DNA of 64,000 bases from an uncultured bacterium (GTDB lineage: Bacteria; Hydrothermota; UBA3072). The stretch is taken from the NCBI GenBank assembly GCA_964525555.1, contig CAZGHN010000006.1, positions 74,805 to 138,804 of the forward strand, given 5' to 3'. Positions 8,991-18,487 of this stretch are shown in pieces; the stretch's first letter is position 1; each line of letters starts with the position of its first letter. The position numbers and the translations under genes are program-made. Below the pieces are notes generated by a model. It had not been told where the DNA came from and searched no databases. It was given only the letters and a program-made list of their open reading frames with translations.

Positions 8991-10156
8991 AGGTTGCGGC
9001 TAAGACTGCCAATGAAGCTATGGCTGAAGCAATGAGACAGATAAACCCCGATGTGGTGGCTGCTTATCCTATAACACCTTCAACGGAGATAGTCCAGATT
9101 TTTTCGCAGTTTGTCGCGGATGGACTGGTCGACACTGAGTTTGTACCTGTCGAATCTGAACACTCGGCTGCAAGCGCCTGTACCGGTGCAGCTGCAGCTG
9201 GTGCAAGGGTAATGACTGCTACGGCATCTCAGGGCCTTGCTCTTATGAACGAGGTCCTTTTTGTTACAGCGGGACTTCGTCTTCCAATGGTTATTTGTGA
9301 GATAGCAAGAACCCTATCAGCTCCGATTAATATTCACTGCGATCATTCCGATACTATGGACCAGAGAGATACGGGATGGATGCAATTTTATGCGGAGGAT
9401 TCTCAGGAAGCTTACGACCTCGTTATACAGGCAATGAAGATTTCAGAAGAGGCGTTCCTGCCGGCTATGGTATCGGCAGATGCTTTTATTCTATCTCATT
9501 CTCTACAGCGAATAGATATGCTGGATGATAAAGAGGTGCAGGGTTTTATAGGTAAGCATAAATCTCCATTTAACCTTCTCGATACAGATAATCCTATTAC
9601 TGTTGGACCTCTTGACCTTCAGGATTATTATTTCGAGCATAAAAGATCTGAAGCCCAGGCTATGAAGGATTCGCATAAGCATGTAAAAAAGGTGTTTGGT
9701 GAATTTGGTAAGAAATTCGGAAGAAAGTATGGTATGATCGAAGAATATAAGATAAAAGATGCGGAAAGGGCTATTGTTATAATGGGCTCCACTGCAGGTA
9801 CAGCTAAAGAAGTGGTCGACATCTTAAGGGCTGATGGCGAGAAAGTAGGTCTTGTAAAAATCTGTACTTTTAGACCCTGGCCCACAGAGGAAGTAAATAA
9901 AGCATTGTCAAATGTTAAATATCTTGCCGTTATGGATAGGGCTGAAGGGATGAGTGGTTTTGGGGCTCCTCTTTTTACAGAGATACGCTCTTCCCTTTAT
10001 GATGGAAGCAAAAAGCCCGATACATACGGTTACGTATATGGATTGGGAGGAAGGGATGTGAAAACCGAAGACTTAAGATTAGTCTTTGATGATTTAAAAA
10101 AGGTGAAAAATGGTAAGAAACTTAATAGAAATAATTATTTGGGAGTGAGGGAATAG
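8987..10156 (+). CDS. porA: pyruvate/2-oxoacid:ferredoxin oxidoreductase, alpha subunit
   Basis: Length and domain order of POR alpha; overlapping start/stop with neighbours. Confidence 0.8.
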   Translation: MKVAAKTANEAMAEAMRQINPDVVAAYPITPSTEIVQIFSQFVADGLVDTEFVPVESEHSAASACTGAAAAGARVMTATASQGLALMNEVLFVTAGLRLPMVICEIARTLSAPINIHCDHSDTMDQRDTGWMQFYAEDSQEAYDLVIQAMKISEEAFLPAMVSADAFILSHSLQRIDMLDDKEVQGFIGKHKSPFNLLDTDNPITVGPLDLQDYYFEHKRSEAQAMKDSHKHVKKVFGEFGKKFGRKYGMIEEYKIKDAERAIVIMGSTAGTAKEVVDILRADGEKVGLVKICTFRPWPTEEVNKALSNVKYLAVMDRAEGMSGFGAPLFTEIRSSLYDGSKKPDTYGYVYGLGGRDVKTEDLRLVFDDLKKVKNGKKLNRNNYLGVRE

Positions 10157-10164
10157 GAGGTTTT

Positions 10165-11094
10165 ATGGGTGTAAATTTAAAAGAGTTATCTAAAAAAGAA
10201 GATTTGTTTGCCTCCGGGCATAGGGCATGCGCGGGTTGTGGTCCTGCGATAGCATTAAGACAGGCGCTTTTAGTTTCGGGAAAAGATACAATCGTGAGTT
10301 TTGCAACAGGTTGTATGGAAGTCGTATCTACAATATTCCCATACTCGTCCTGGAAAGTACCTTATATGCATTCTCTTTTTGAAAATTCTGCAGCTACAAT
10401 GAGTGGAATTGAGTCCGCTTATAATGCTTTAAAAAGAAAAGGGAAAGTAAAAAAGAATATAAACTTTATTGCATTCGGCGGAGACGGCGGAACTTATGAT
10501 ATTGGTCTGCAATCTCTATCAGGAGCAATGGAACGCGGGCATAACATGCTCTATATCTGTTACGATAACCAGGCTTACATGAATACCGGTATTCAGAGAT
10601 CCGGTGCTACTCCTTATGGCGCGAGCACAACAACCTCGCCGGCCGGAAAAGTAATTCCCGGTAAAAATAGACGTAGGAAAAACCTAACAGAAATTATGGC
10701 TGCGCATAATATTCCTTACGTTGCTCAAGCTTCTATCTCCGAATGGAGAGATTATATGACCAAGATAGAGAAAGCTCTTTCTCTTCCCGGTCCAAAATTT
10801 ATGGTCGTTTTTGCCCCATGTCAGCTTGGATGGTATTACAAAAAAGAAAACACAATTAAAATTGCCGATATGGCTGTTAAATCCAGATTTTGGCCGTTAT
10901 ATGAAGTAGAGAATGGTGTACATAAGATTACAAAGGATCCCAAAAAGGTTATTCCTGTTGAAGAATGGTTGAAGTTACAGGGAAGATTCAGGCATTTATT
11001 CAAAGGAGAAAACAGAAAAATTATTGAAGAAATCCAACAAGAAGTAGACGCCAACTGGGATAGATTAAAGAAGTTAGAGGAGGCAGGCGTTTAG
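10165..11094 (+). CDS. porB: pyruvate/2-oxoacid:ferredoxin oxidoreductase, beta subunit (TPP-binding)
   Basis: Cys ligands CAGCG...C and TPP motif GGDGG...YDNQAYMNTG. Confidence 0.8.
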   Translation: MGVNLKELSKKEDLFASGHRACAGCGPAIALRQALLVSGKDTIVSFATGCMEVVSTIFPYSSWKVPYMHSLFENSAATMSGIESAYNALKRKGKVKKNINFIAFGGDGGTYDIGLQSLSGAMERGHNMLYICYDNQAYMNTGIQRSGATPYGASTTTSPAGKVIPGKNRRRKNLTEIMAAHNIPYVAQASISEWRDYMTKIEKALSLPGPKFMVVFAPCQLGWYYKKENTIKIADMAVKSRFWPLYEVENGVHKITKDPKKVIPVEEWLKLQGRFRHLFKGENRKIIEEIQQEVDANWDRLKKLEEAGV

Positions 11095-11580
11095 ATGCCA
11101 ACTAAAGAAGAATCATTTGAAGCAGAATTTCAATCGATAAAAGATAATTTGGAAGACCTTTGCAGGGAGACAAAAGCGCTCTCGGTCTTGCTTATAGATA
11201 AGGCCGGGCAACTTATAACCTCTGCCGGGAATGTTTCTTCTATTGATATACCATCTTTTGCCACTCTATCGGCGGCTGATTTCGCAGCCACTTCAAATCT
11301 TGCAGATTTGATCGGAGAACATGATTTTTCAACTCTGTTTCACCAGGGAGTTCAAAAGAGTATTTATGTTTCATTAATTGCGGATAAGGTAATTCTTGCA
11401 GTTATTTTTACAAAGGAGACAACGCTGGGTTTGGTGCGTATAAAGGTTAAAAAAACGGCAGAAAAACTGGCAGGTTTGTTCGGAAAGATATTCGATGTTC
11501 TTGAGAGTGAGTATTCTGGAGCGGTAGATGATGATTTTATTAGTGAAGCGGAAACGGAACTTGATAGTCTTTTTGAATAA
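11095..11580 (+). CDS. mglB: Roadblock/LC7-domain protein (MglB-like GTPase-activating partner)
   Basis: Roadblock-like alpha/beta pattern; immediately upstream of MglA-like GTPase; start abuts porB stop. Confidence 0.6.
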   Translation: MPTKEESFEAEFQSIKDNLEDLCRETKALSVLLIDKAGQLITSAGNVSSIDIPSFATLSAADFAATSNLADLIGEHDFSTLFHQGVQKSIYVSLIADKVILAVIFTKETTLGLVRIKVKKTAEKLAGLFGKIFDVLESEYSGAVDDDFISEAETELDSLFE

Positions 11581-11592
11581 AATGGAGAAAAA

Positions 11593-12171
11593 ATGGCGCT
11601 TATAAATTATTCTTCGAAAGAGATAAATTGTAAAATAGTATATTACGGTCCTGGACTTGGCGGTAAAACTACGAATATCAAACACATATATTCAAAGGTA
11701 AATCCCGATCACAGGGGAAAATTGATGAGTCTCGATACAGAATTGGATAGAACACTTTTCTTTGATTTCTTACCTGTAGATTTGGGTACTGTTAAAGGTT
11801 TCTCAGTCCATTTTCATCTTTACACCGTTCCCGGTCAAGTTTATTATAATGCTTCCAGAAAACTTATATTGAAAGGTGTTGATGGGTTAATCTTTGTTGC
11901 CGATTCCCAGATAGAAAGATTTGAAGATAATATAGATTCGATGGAAAATCTTCACGACAATTTAAACGAATATCATAAGAAAGTTGAAGAGATACCTTTA
12001 GCAATTCAGTATAATAAAAGAGATTTGCCTAATATTGTTTCTCTTAATGAATTGGAAGACGCTTTGAATCCGCGAGGCGTTTTCTTCTGTGAAGGTGTTG
12101 CTGTAGAAGGTATTGGGGTTTTTGAACCTCTTAAAGAAGTTTCTAAAAAAGTCTTAAGAAAACTTAGATAG
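11593..12171 (+). CDS. mglA: MglA-like Ras-family small GTPase
   Basis: P-loop GPGLGGKTT, switch region and NKRD G4 motif. Confidence 0.7.
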   Translation: MALINYSSKEINCKIVYYGPGLGGKTTNIKHIYSKVNPDHRGKLMSLDTELDRTLFFDFLPVDLGTVKGFSVHFHLYTVPGQVYYNASRKLILKGVDGLIFVADSQIERFEDNIDSMENLHDNLNEYHKKVEEIPLAIQYNKRDLPNIVSLNELEDALNPRGVFFCEGVAVEGIGVFEPLKEVSKKVLRKLR

Positions 12172-12173
12172 CT

Positions 12174-12205
12174 TTAACGCGGCACAGCCGCGTTAATTTT
12201 GAATG
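12174..12205 (+). terminator. intrinsic terminator ending the por-mglBA operon
   Basis: Perfect 10-bp stem TTAACGCGGC-aca-GCCGCGTTAA followed by a T-rich run. Confidence 0.65.
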
Positions 12206-12235
12206 TTGAATTTTAAATTTTGAATTAGGAATTCC

Positions 12236-12583
12236 TTACAGTTTCTCTTTACTGGTTTTTACTATTGAGGTTAAAATTTTAATAATGTCATCAATTTCTT
12301 TAATATATATTTCAACATCACATTTTACAATTTGAGATCTTTGAATTAATCTTAGCCAATATTTAGTTTCACGAGCTTCTTTTGAAGAAATAGCCATTTT
12401 GTTTGTAAAGTCCTTTTTGCTCTGAGCCGCAGAAGCTTCTTCGATATTTGCTCCAATACTTGTTCCACTTCTTAGAACTTGCTTGGACAGAACGTATTCA
12501 TTATTTGCAATCATTTGTCTATACAGATCGATTATCTTTAATGCAAAATCAAAACTTTTATCTTTAATTAAATTCTCTTTCAT
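12236..12583 (-). CDS. four-helix-bundle protein (23S rRNA intervening-sequence protein family)
   Basis: Family-like motif GANIEEASAAQSKKDF...SSKEARETKYWLRLI. Confidence 0.65.
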   Translation of the reverse strand: MKENLIKDKSFDFALKIIDLYRQMIANNEYVLSKQVLRSGTSIGANIEEASAAQSKKDFTNKMAISSKEARETKYWLRLIQRSQIVKCDVEIYIKEIDDIIKILTSIVKTSKEKL

Positions 12584-12721
12584 TTTGTACCTTTTGTTAG
12601 TTCAGAATTCTAAATTAATAATTCATTACTTTTTTTAAGTTTTTCATTCAAAATTCAAAACTCAAAATTCAAAATTGTCATAGTTCATAATTATTATCAT
12701 TTTTGGATTTCTCTATATACT

Positions 12722-13888
12722 TTAGGTGGACTTAATTAATGGGATTATTTTGTTTTCCAGGATGGCGTCCCAGCTGAAATTATTGATTATTGTTCTTCTA
12801 TCTTGTACTATTTTATTATTCTCCAGAAATATATTGATAATTTTTGCTACTTTCTCAGGTTTTTCTTTGATATTAAAAAATATATGAGATTTGAAATGTT
12901 TTTCAATTTCTTTTAAAGGCGGAATGTCAGAAAGTGCAGCTGGCATTCGGAATAATGAAGCCTCAATGGCCGGTAATCCGAATCCTTCCATTTTGCTTGT
13001 AATAAGAAGAAAATCGCCCAGAAAATAGAAAGCTTGAATGTCTTTAATAGTACAATATTCGGAAAAAAGTATCAATTTAACCCCTTTTTTCTTTGCTCTT
13101 TCTTTAAGTTCGTTTCTATAAGATACGAAAGCAGGATTATGAGGATCGGGTGGGGCGGAGAGAAGTAGCAGCGGGGTTCCTTTTAATTTTGAAGTTATAT
13201 CGATTGCCAGCTCAAAATTTTTTCTTCTGGTAATCCTGGAAGGAAAAACGGCAACGGGATAGTAGGATAGTATTTTTAATTTTTTTGCAGTCTTTTTCAT
13301 GTCAGGTGGTAATATTACGTAAGGATCGATCCCATTGTGGATAACCTCTATTTGATTTTTCTTAATATTAAAGAAACTGGATAGTAATTGTTTTCTGTAA
13401 TTTGTTATTGTCACCCATTTTATTCCGGGAGTAGCATTGGATATGTATTTGAGTGGAGAATCCCCCGGAGAGGGTAAGTTGTATGTTGGATCGACATAAG
13501 AGAGATCATGAACCCAGGCTATAGTTTTTATTTCCTTTGACACCTGGATTAAAGCTGCGGTTGCTATTAGATTAAAATGCATTGTAAATATATTGTGGAC
13601 TATTAAAATATCGGAACCTTTTAATGCTTTAAGGATTTTCTTTTTTACTTTTTGGACTTCTTCGTTGAAATTTTCCGGTGTTTTACCTTTAAGTATTTTT
13701 CTGTTCATTTCTTTATAATAAGAAGATTTTAGTTCGGGAATAAATTTATCGGGTTTTCCGTCTCCAGCTATTATATTTACCTTAAAGTTTTTTTCCTTTA
13801 ATAATTTTGAGTGAATATCGACGGTTAGTTCTACCCCCCCGATTACCGGCAAGGCAGAATAATGGAGAATGGATACTACTTTCCCCAT
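12722..13888 (-). CDS. glycosyltransferase family 4 (GT-B fold)
   Basis: EGFGLPAIEA motif characteristic of GT4. Confidence 0.75.
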   Translation of the reverse strand: MGKVVSILHYSALPVIGGVELTVDIHSKLLKEKNFKVNIIAGDGKPDKFIPELKSSYYKEMNRKILKGKTPENFNEEVQKVKKKILKALKGSDILIVHNIFTMHFNLIATAALIQVSKEIKTIAWVHDLSYVDPTYNLPSPGDSPLKYISNATPGIKWVTITNYRKQLLSSFFNIKKNQIEVIHNGIDPYVILPPDMKKTAKKLKILSYYPVAVFPSRITRRKNFELAIDITSKLKGTPLLLLSAPPDPHNPAFVSYRNELKERAKKKGVKLILFSEYCTIKDIQAFYFLGDFLLITSKMEGFGLPAIEASLFRMPAALSDIPPLKEIEKHFKSHIFFNIKEKPEKVAKIINIFLENNKIVQDRRTIINNFSWDAILENKIIPLIKST

Positions 13889-15105
13889 TTTTCAAGAAGA
13901 TAGGATTTGTTCTCTTCGAAAGTAAGTGCAGCCTCTTCAATAAGATTTTCGAATTCGTCATTTTTCATTTTTATTGACGATTCGTAAAGAGAAGCCACTC
14001 TTAAATTATACAAAGGAAGCAGTGTGCTTATCAGTTTTGCGTGATGCCTTTTACAATGATGGAAAGCCGAGGCGAAATCATAAACAATTTTTGCCCAATT
14101 TTCATGATTAAGTAGAGAGTAATCTTTTTCTTTAGAAATTGTTTTTAAGAGTCTAAAAGAACGTTGGTTGAGGATATCATTCCATAATGAATGGAAATTT
14201 TTCCATCCTGATTTAAATGATTCGGCAAGGGAATTGAGGTCTATATCAAATTCTTCGGGTTCTAGTCCTATTTCTTCTCCTAGTATATCTACCTCTTCGG
14301 AGCCTTTTATTTTTTTCCATAAATCTTCAAAATCTCCCATCAGTTCAAAGGTTGTGATGACGACCTGAAGAAACATCGGTCCCAGCTGTTTTGATGGATC
14401 TTTTGCTTCGTGAAGTTTGGCTCCAAGTCTGGTTTGCCCCAATTTAAATCCGTTTTTGACAGCTGTTGTGGTTATCCAAGTATCGATACCGAATTTTGCT
14501 ACCTCCGTATCCCATCGTTTATCTTGCAATAAAGAGTTTACAAGATTAGCTGAAAATCCAAAATCCCCTCCTATAGGCTGTCTGACTCTTTTTCCCCATA
14601 TTGCTCGTATCAACATATAAGCAATATTGTTTGTAATTGTAGCATCGTATTTATATCTTTTATAATATGGAGCTATATAATCATAATCATCATTTATTAT
14701 TGGGCTGATGAGATTTTTCATCCATTTTGGTCCAATGGAGCGTAGGTCTGAATCTACCATAAGTGTTGCTTTGGCGTCAAGAAATTCCGCAGCTTCAAGG
14801 ATACCCCTTACAGCCGAACCCTTTCCGGGGTAACCTCTATATATGCTTACCGCTTTTTCAATGTAAGGAGGTAGTTCCGTGTTTTTTGCTACCTCTCTGG
14901 TGTCATCGACAGAACCACCGTCCGTAACCAGTATCAAACTCTTGAAGTCCTTCCAGTATTGGACTAATCCTTCTCCTATTTGTTTCATTACGAAGTCTAT
15001 AGTATCATCAACATTGTAAGAAGGAATACCGACTAATATATCAACTGATTTTATATCTTCGAGTCTTTTTCTTAAGTCGTCTCGTATTGCCGTTATGAGT
15101 TTCAT
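13876..15105 (-). CDS. GT-A fold glycosyltransferase (GT2/GT81-like)
   Basis: Motifs GIPSYNVDDTI, VTDGGSVDDT and DSD (DxD). Confidence 0.55.
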   Translation of the reverse strand: MKLITAIRDDLRKRLEDIKSVDILVGIPSYNVDDTIDFVMKQIGEGLVQYWKDFKSLILVTDGGSVDDTREVAKNTELPPYIEKAVSIYRGYPGKGSAVRGILEAAEFLDAKATLMVDSDLRSIGPKWMKNLISPIINDDYDYIAPYYKRYKYDATITNNIAYMLIRAIWGKRVRQPIGGDFGFSANLVNSLLQDKRWDTEVAKFGIDTWITTTAVKNGFKLGQTRLGAKLHEAKDPSKQLGPMFLQVVITTFELMGDFEDLWKKIKGSEEVDILGEEIGLEPEEFDIDLNSLAESFKSGWKNFHSLWNDILNQRSFRLLKTISKEKDYSLLNHENWAKIVYDFASAFHHCKRHHAKLISTLLPLYNLRVASLYESSIKMKNDEFENLIEEAALTFEENKSYLLEKWGK

Positions 15106-15106
15106 T

Positions 15107-16321
15107 CTACCTCCCGTTGAATTTATCGACTATATCAGGTATTCTCGAATTTAATAAATCGGGCATTGCAGAATCTATTCTTCCCCATGTAGGTATTAAA
15201 TGAGAACCCAGAGGGTGTTTGTTAAACTCTGATGCTGCTATGTCAAATGCCGTAGTGAACTTTTCAATTGCGATTATCTCTCTGTTTCTATCATACTTGA
15301 GACCGTTTATTAAAGCTAAATTCTTGTATTTTTCTACAAATTCCATGGCGTAATCATAATATGTTATTTTAAGAGTTCGTATCGTCTCAGAGGAGAAAAT
15401 TATTCCATCTTGAGAGAGTACTCTGAAAAACGTTCGTGCAATATCTATTGCCATTCTCATTATTCCCGATGTGATATTATCGGCATCGAATTCTTGATGT
15501 TTGTGGTCATATCTGTCTATTAAATCGACCTGACAAATGCTGGATAGATCCAGATTAGTGTAAATTTCACGCAATAGACCTATCTCTAGGCCCCAGTCTG
15601 AGGAAAAACGAACTCTTCGTGTTAGTTCCGTTGTCATTGCTACTTCTCCGGAAAGAGGATAGCGGAATGATTCGAGATAATCGAAAAACTCCCTGTTGCC
15701 GAAGATTTTCTTGAGTGCTTTTAAGAGTGGGGAAAAGAAAAGACGAACTGCTCTTCCGTGTAATACATCTGCAAATCTTGCGTAATAACCTTTTGCAAAA
15801 TCGTAATTGAGACGTTTGGAAAGAACGGGATAGGTAAGGCGCGCTAGAATATCTCTTGAGTATGAACGTATGTCGCAATCATGCAGGGTTACCATATAAA
15901 CTTCGCCTTTAGCCAGAATATATCCCATTGCCATCCAAACCCCTCTTCCTTTCCCTCTTTTACCGGGGTCAAGATCATCTTTCTTAAGCCTTTTGTAAAT
16001 ATCTTGAATTTGCGGAGAATCATTCCAGATAATGGTTGTTTTTGTCGGTATTTTAGAGAAAAATTTTCTTGCATGGTTAAACTGGGCCTTGTTTGCCTTA
16101 TCGAGAGAAACTACTACTTCGTGTATATAATCAGCTTTTTTTAATTGTTCCACAATTCCGGGAAGGCCTTTACCTTCGAGTTCCATGTAAAGAGAAGGCA
16201 GTAGAAGGGCAAATTTTCTTTCTTTAGAAATTTCTCGTACGCTGTTTTCTATTTTTTCAAGAGAATAGCTGGGTAATTTATGTAATGTTGTAATAATGCC
16301 ATTTTGAAAAAAATCAGACAT
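15107..16321 (-). CDS. glycosyltransferase, putative mannosyl-/glucosyl-3-phosphoglycerate synthase-like
   Basis: Overlaps by 8 nt with the MPGP-like HAD phosphatase gene; assignment is by context, no decisive motif. Confidence 0.4.
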   Translation of the reverse strand: MSDFFQNGIITTLHKLPSYSLEKIENSVREISKERKFALLLPSLYMELEGKGLPGIVEQLKKADYIHEVVVSLDKANKAQFNHARKFFSKIPTKTTIIWNDSPQIQDIYKRLKKDDLDPGKRGKGRGVWMAMGYILAKGEVYMVTLHDCDIRSYSRDILARLTYPVLSKRLNYDFAKGYYARFADVLHGRAVRLFFSPLLKALKKIFGNREFFDYLESFRYPLSGEVAMTTELTRRVRFSSDWGLEIGLLREIYTNLDLSSICQVDLIDRYDHKHQEFDADNITSGIMRMAIDIARTFFRVLSQDGIIFSSETIRTLKITYYDYAMEFVEKYKNLALINGLKYDRNREIIAIEKFTTAFDIAASEFNKHPLGSHLIPTWGRIDSAMPDLLNSRIPDIVDKFNGR

Positions 16322-17036
16322 ATTTCTCCTCCAGTACTTTTTCTACTACTTGTTTCCATACAAGCGGGCCAAAATCTTCGAAGCTTTTATATTTAGAGTT
16401 TTTTATATTGTTTTTACTATTCAATAATATCGGATAATCGCATTCATCCAGCATGGAATAATCGTTTGGAGAGTCTCCGATGCCGACTGAATATCCTTTC
16501 TTTTTTTTCTTAATTACCTTAACCGCTTTGCCTTTTGATGTTCCTCTGTATAATTGATAAAATTTCCCTCCCCAGTGAAGTGTGTAACCAAGTGATTTCA
16601 GCTCTTCGATGAATTCTTGATTTTCAGCGTTGAGAAATCGGAAAGGTTCTGAAAAATTTCTGTTTTTGGCGAGCGGTATCAAATGTTCGGGCAAACCGGT
16701 AAGTTCATGAATTTTTTCTTCAATCATTTCAGAAAATATCTCTATTCTTATATTATGTTCTTTTGCAATATGAAGTAAATCATTTTTTATCCCTGTAGAC
16801 TTTGTCCCTAATTCGTTTTTCTTGCCATCGATAACTACAAGTCCTCCGTTTTCGGCAGCATAGGGTCCTGTGAAGTTCATTTCTTTTAGGAAATAATCTA
16901 TTTCTGAGGATGTTTTGCTTGAGATAATAGATATTATGATTCCTTTATCAATTAAAGTATGTATAAAATCACGAATAGGAATCGCTGAAAATGTAGAATC
17001 CAGAAGGCAGTTGTCAAGATCTGTGAAAATTATCAT
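16314..17036 (-). CDS. HAD-IIB phosphatase, mannosyl-3-phosphoglycerate phosphatase (YedP/MpgP) family
   Basis: FTDLDNCLLD, SSKTSSEI, GIGDSPNDYSMLDECDYPILL align with YedP/MpgP motifs. Confidence 0.75.
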   Translation of the reverse strand: MIIFTDLDNCLLDSTFSAIPIRDFIHTLIDKGIIISIISSKTSSEIDYFLKEMNFTGPYAAENGGLVVIDGKKNELGTKSTGIKNDLLHIAKEHNIRIEIFSEMIEEKIHELTGLPEHLIPLAKNRNFSEPFRFLNAENQEFIEELKSLGYTLHWGGKFYQLYRGTSKGKAVKVIKKKKKGYSVGIGDSPNDYSMLDECDYPILLNSKNNIKNSKYKSFEDFGPLVWKQVVEKVLEEKYV

Positions 17037-18322
17037 TCAAGTACTCGTTTGAATATTTTTTCTTCATTTTTCAGATAACTTTTTGGATCGAACAGATTTT
17101 CCAGTTCCTCTTTGCTAATATATTTTTTAGCTCGTTTATCATTTTCTATTTTTTTCTTGAAATTACCACCCTTTTGCCAGACTTCCATTGCATTTTCCTG
17201 CACGATGTTGTAGGCTTCGTCTCTTTTAACCCCTTTATCAAGTAGGGTTATAAGCACTCTTTGAGAAAAAACGAGGCCGTTTGTTAACCAGATGTTTTTT
17301 TCTATGTTGTCTTTGTATATATTTATATCCTTAACTACGAAAGAAAGCTTCTTAAGCATATAAACTGTAAGCATTATGGCATCGGGAAAGTATATCCTTT
17401 CCGTGGAAGAGTGTGAAATGTCTCGCTCATTCCACAAAATTATATTTTCTAAAGCGGTTATTAAGTATGAACGAAGCAGGCGACTCATTCCGGATAGGCG
17501 TTCGCAAAGTATAGGGTTTCTCTTATGCGGCATTGCAGATGAGCCTTTCTGTCCTTTTTTGAAAGGTTCTTCTAATTCTCTTATTTCTGTCCGCTGCATA
17601 TGACGTATTTCATGTGCTATGTGTTCTATTGTTGTTCCTATGGTAGACAATGCAAATATGTATTCTGCGTACCTGTCTCGCGGAACTATTTGTGTTGAAA
17701 TAGGTTCCGGTTTTAAGTTTAGTTTTTTAAGAGCAAGTGCTTCTACTTCTGGATCAAGATGAGCAAAATTACCCATTGCGCCGGAAATTTTTCCGTATTC
17801 AGTTTCTTTCGAAGCTGTTTCAAAACGCTTATTTGCTCTTTTCATTTCCGAATACCAGGATAGAAACTTGAGTCCAAGGGATGTAGGTTCTCCGTGGATA
17901 CCATGGGTTCTCCCTACTATTGGTATTCCCTTACATTCGAGGGCTTTCTCTTTTAATAACTGAAGTATGTTTTTTATCTCCTTCTTTATAATTTTAGAAC
18001 ACTCTTTAACCTGAAGAGCGAAAGAGGTATCTACTATATCGGACGATGTTAGACCCTGGTGAAAAAAGCGTGTTGAATCTCCGCCTTTTTCTCCGACTGC
18101 CGTGATGAAAGATACGACATCATGTCTGGTCTCCTTTTCGATTTCTTTTATCCTTTCAGTAGAAACTTCGATTCCTTCTAATGATTTAGCTGTTCCGGAA
18201 GGTATTTGTCCCAGTTCTTCACGGGCGGAAAGAACGGCAAGTTCGACTTCAAACCACTTTTTGAATTTATTGTCATCCGACCAGATTTTGTCGATTTCTT
18301 CAATCGTATATCTTGGAATCAT
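17033..18322 (-). CDS. purB: adenylosuccinate lyase
   Basis: Fumarate-lyase signature GSSAMPHKRNP; PurB-like length. Confidence 0.85.
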   Translation of the reverse strand: MIPRYTIEEIDKIWSDDNKFKKWFEVELAVLSAREELGQIPSGTAKSLEGIEVSTERIKEIEKETRHDVVSFITAVGEKGGDSTRFFHQGLTSSDIVDTSFALQVKECSKIIKKEIKNILQLLKEKALECKGIPIVGRTHGIHGEPTSLGLKFLSWYSEMKRANKRFETASKETEYGKISGAMGNFAHLDPEVEALALKKLNLKPEPISTQIVPRDRYAEYIFALSTIGTTIEHIAHEIRHMQRTEIRELEEPFKKGQKGSSAMPHKRNPILCERLSGMSRLLRSYLITALENIILWNERDISHSSTERIYFPDAIMLTVYMLKKLSFVVKDINIYKDNIEKNIWLTNGLVFSQRVLITLLDKGVKRDEAYNIVQENAMEVWQKGGNFKKKIENDKRAKKYISKEELENLFDPKSYLKNEEKIFKRVLE

Positions 18323-18449
18323 TAAGCCCTCCTTAATATTTATGCTGTTTTTTCAGCTTTTAGATTATAAAAGTATATTTTGTAATGTCAAGTCCGAAAG
18401 AAGTTTGGGCCTTTGGTGTTTGCTCTCGCATTGTGATTGTAATAACCCC

Positions 18450-18477
18450 TTGACAAGGTTTGAAAAATCAGTATTAT
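18450..18477 (+). promoter_or_regulatory. promoter cccTTGACA-N16-TATTAT
   Basis: TTGACA 18450-18455, TATTAT 18472-18477, ATG 18488 (short leader). Confidence 0.45.
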
Positions 18478-18487
18478 TTATAATACT

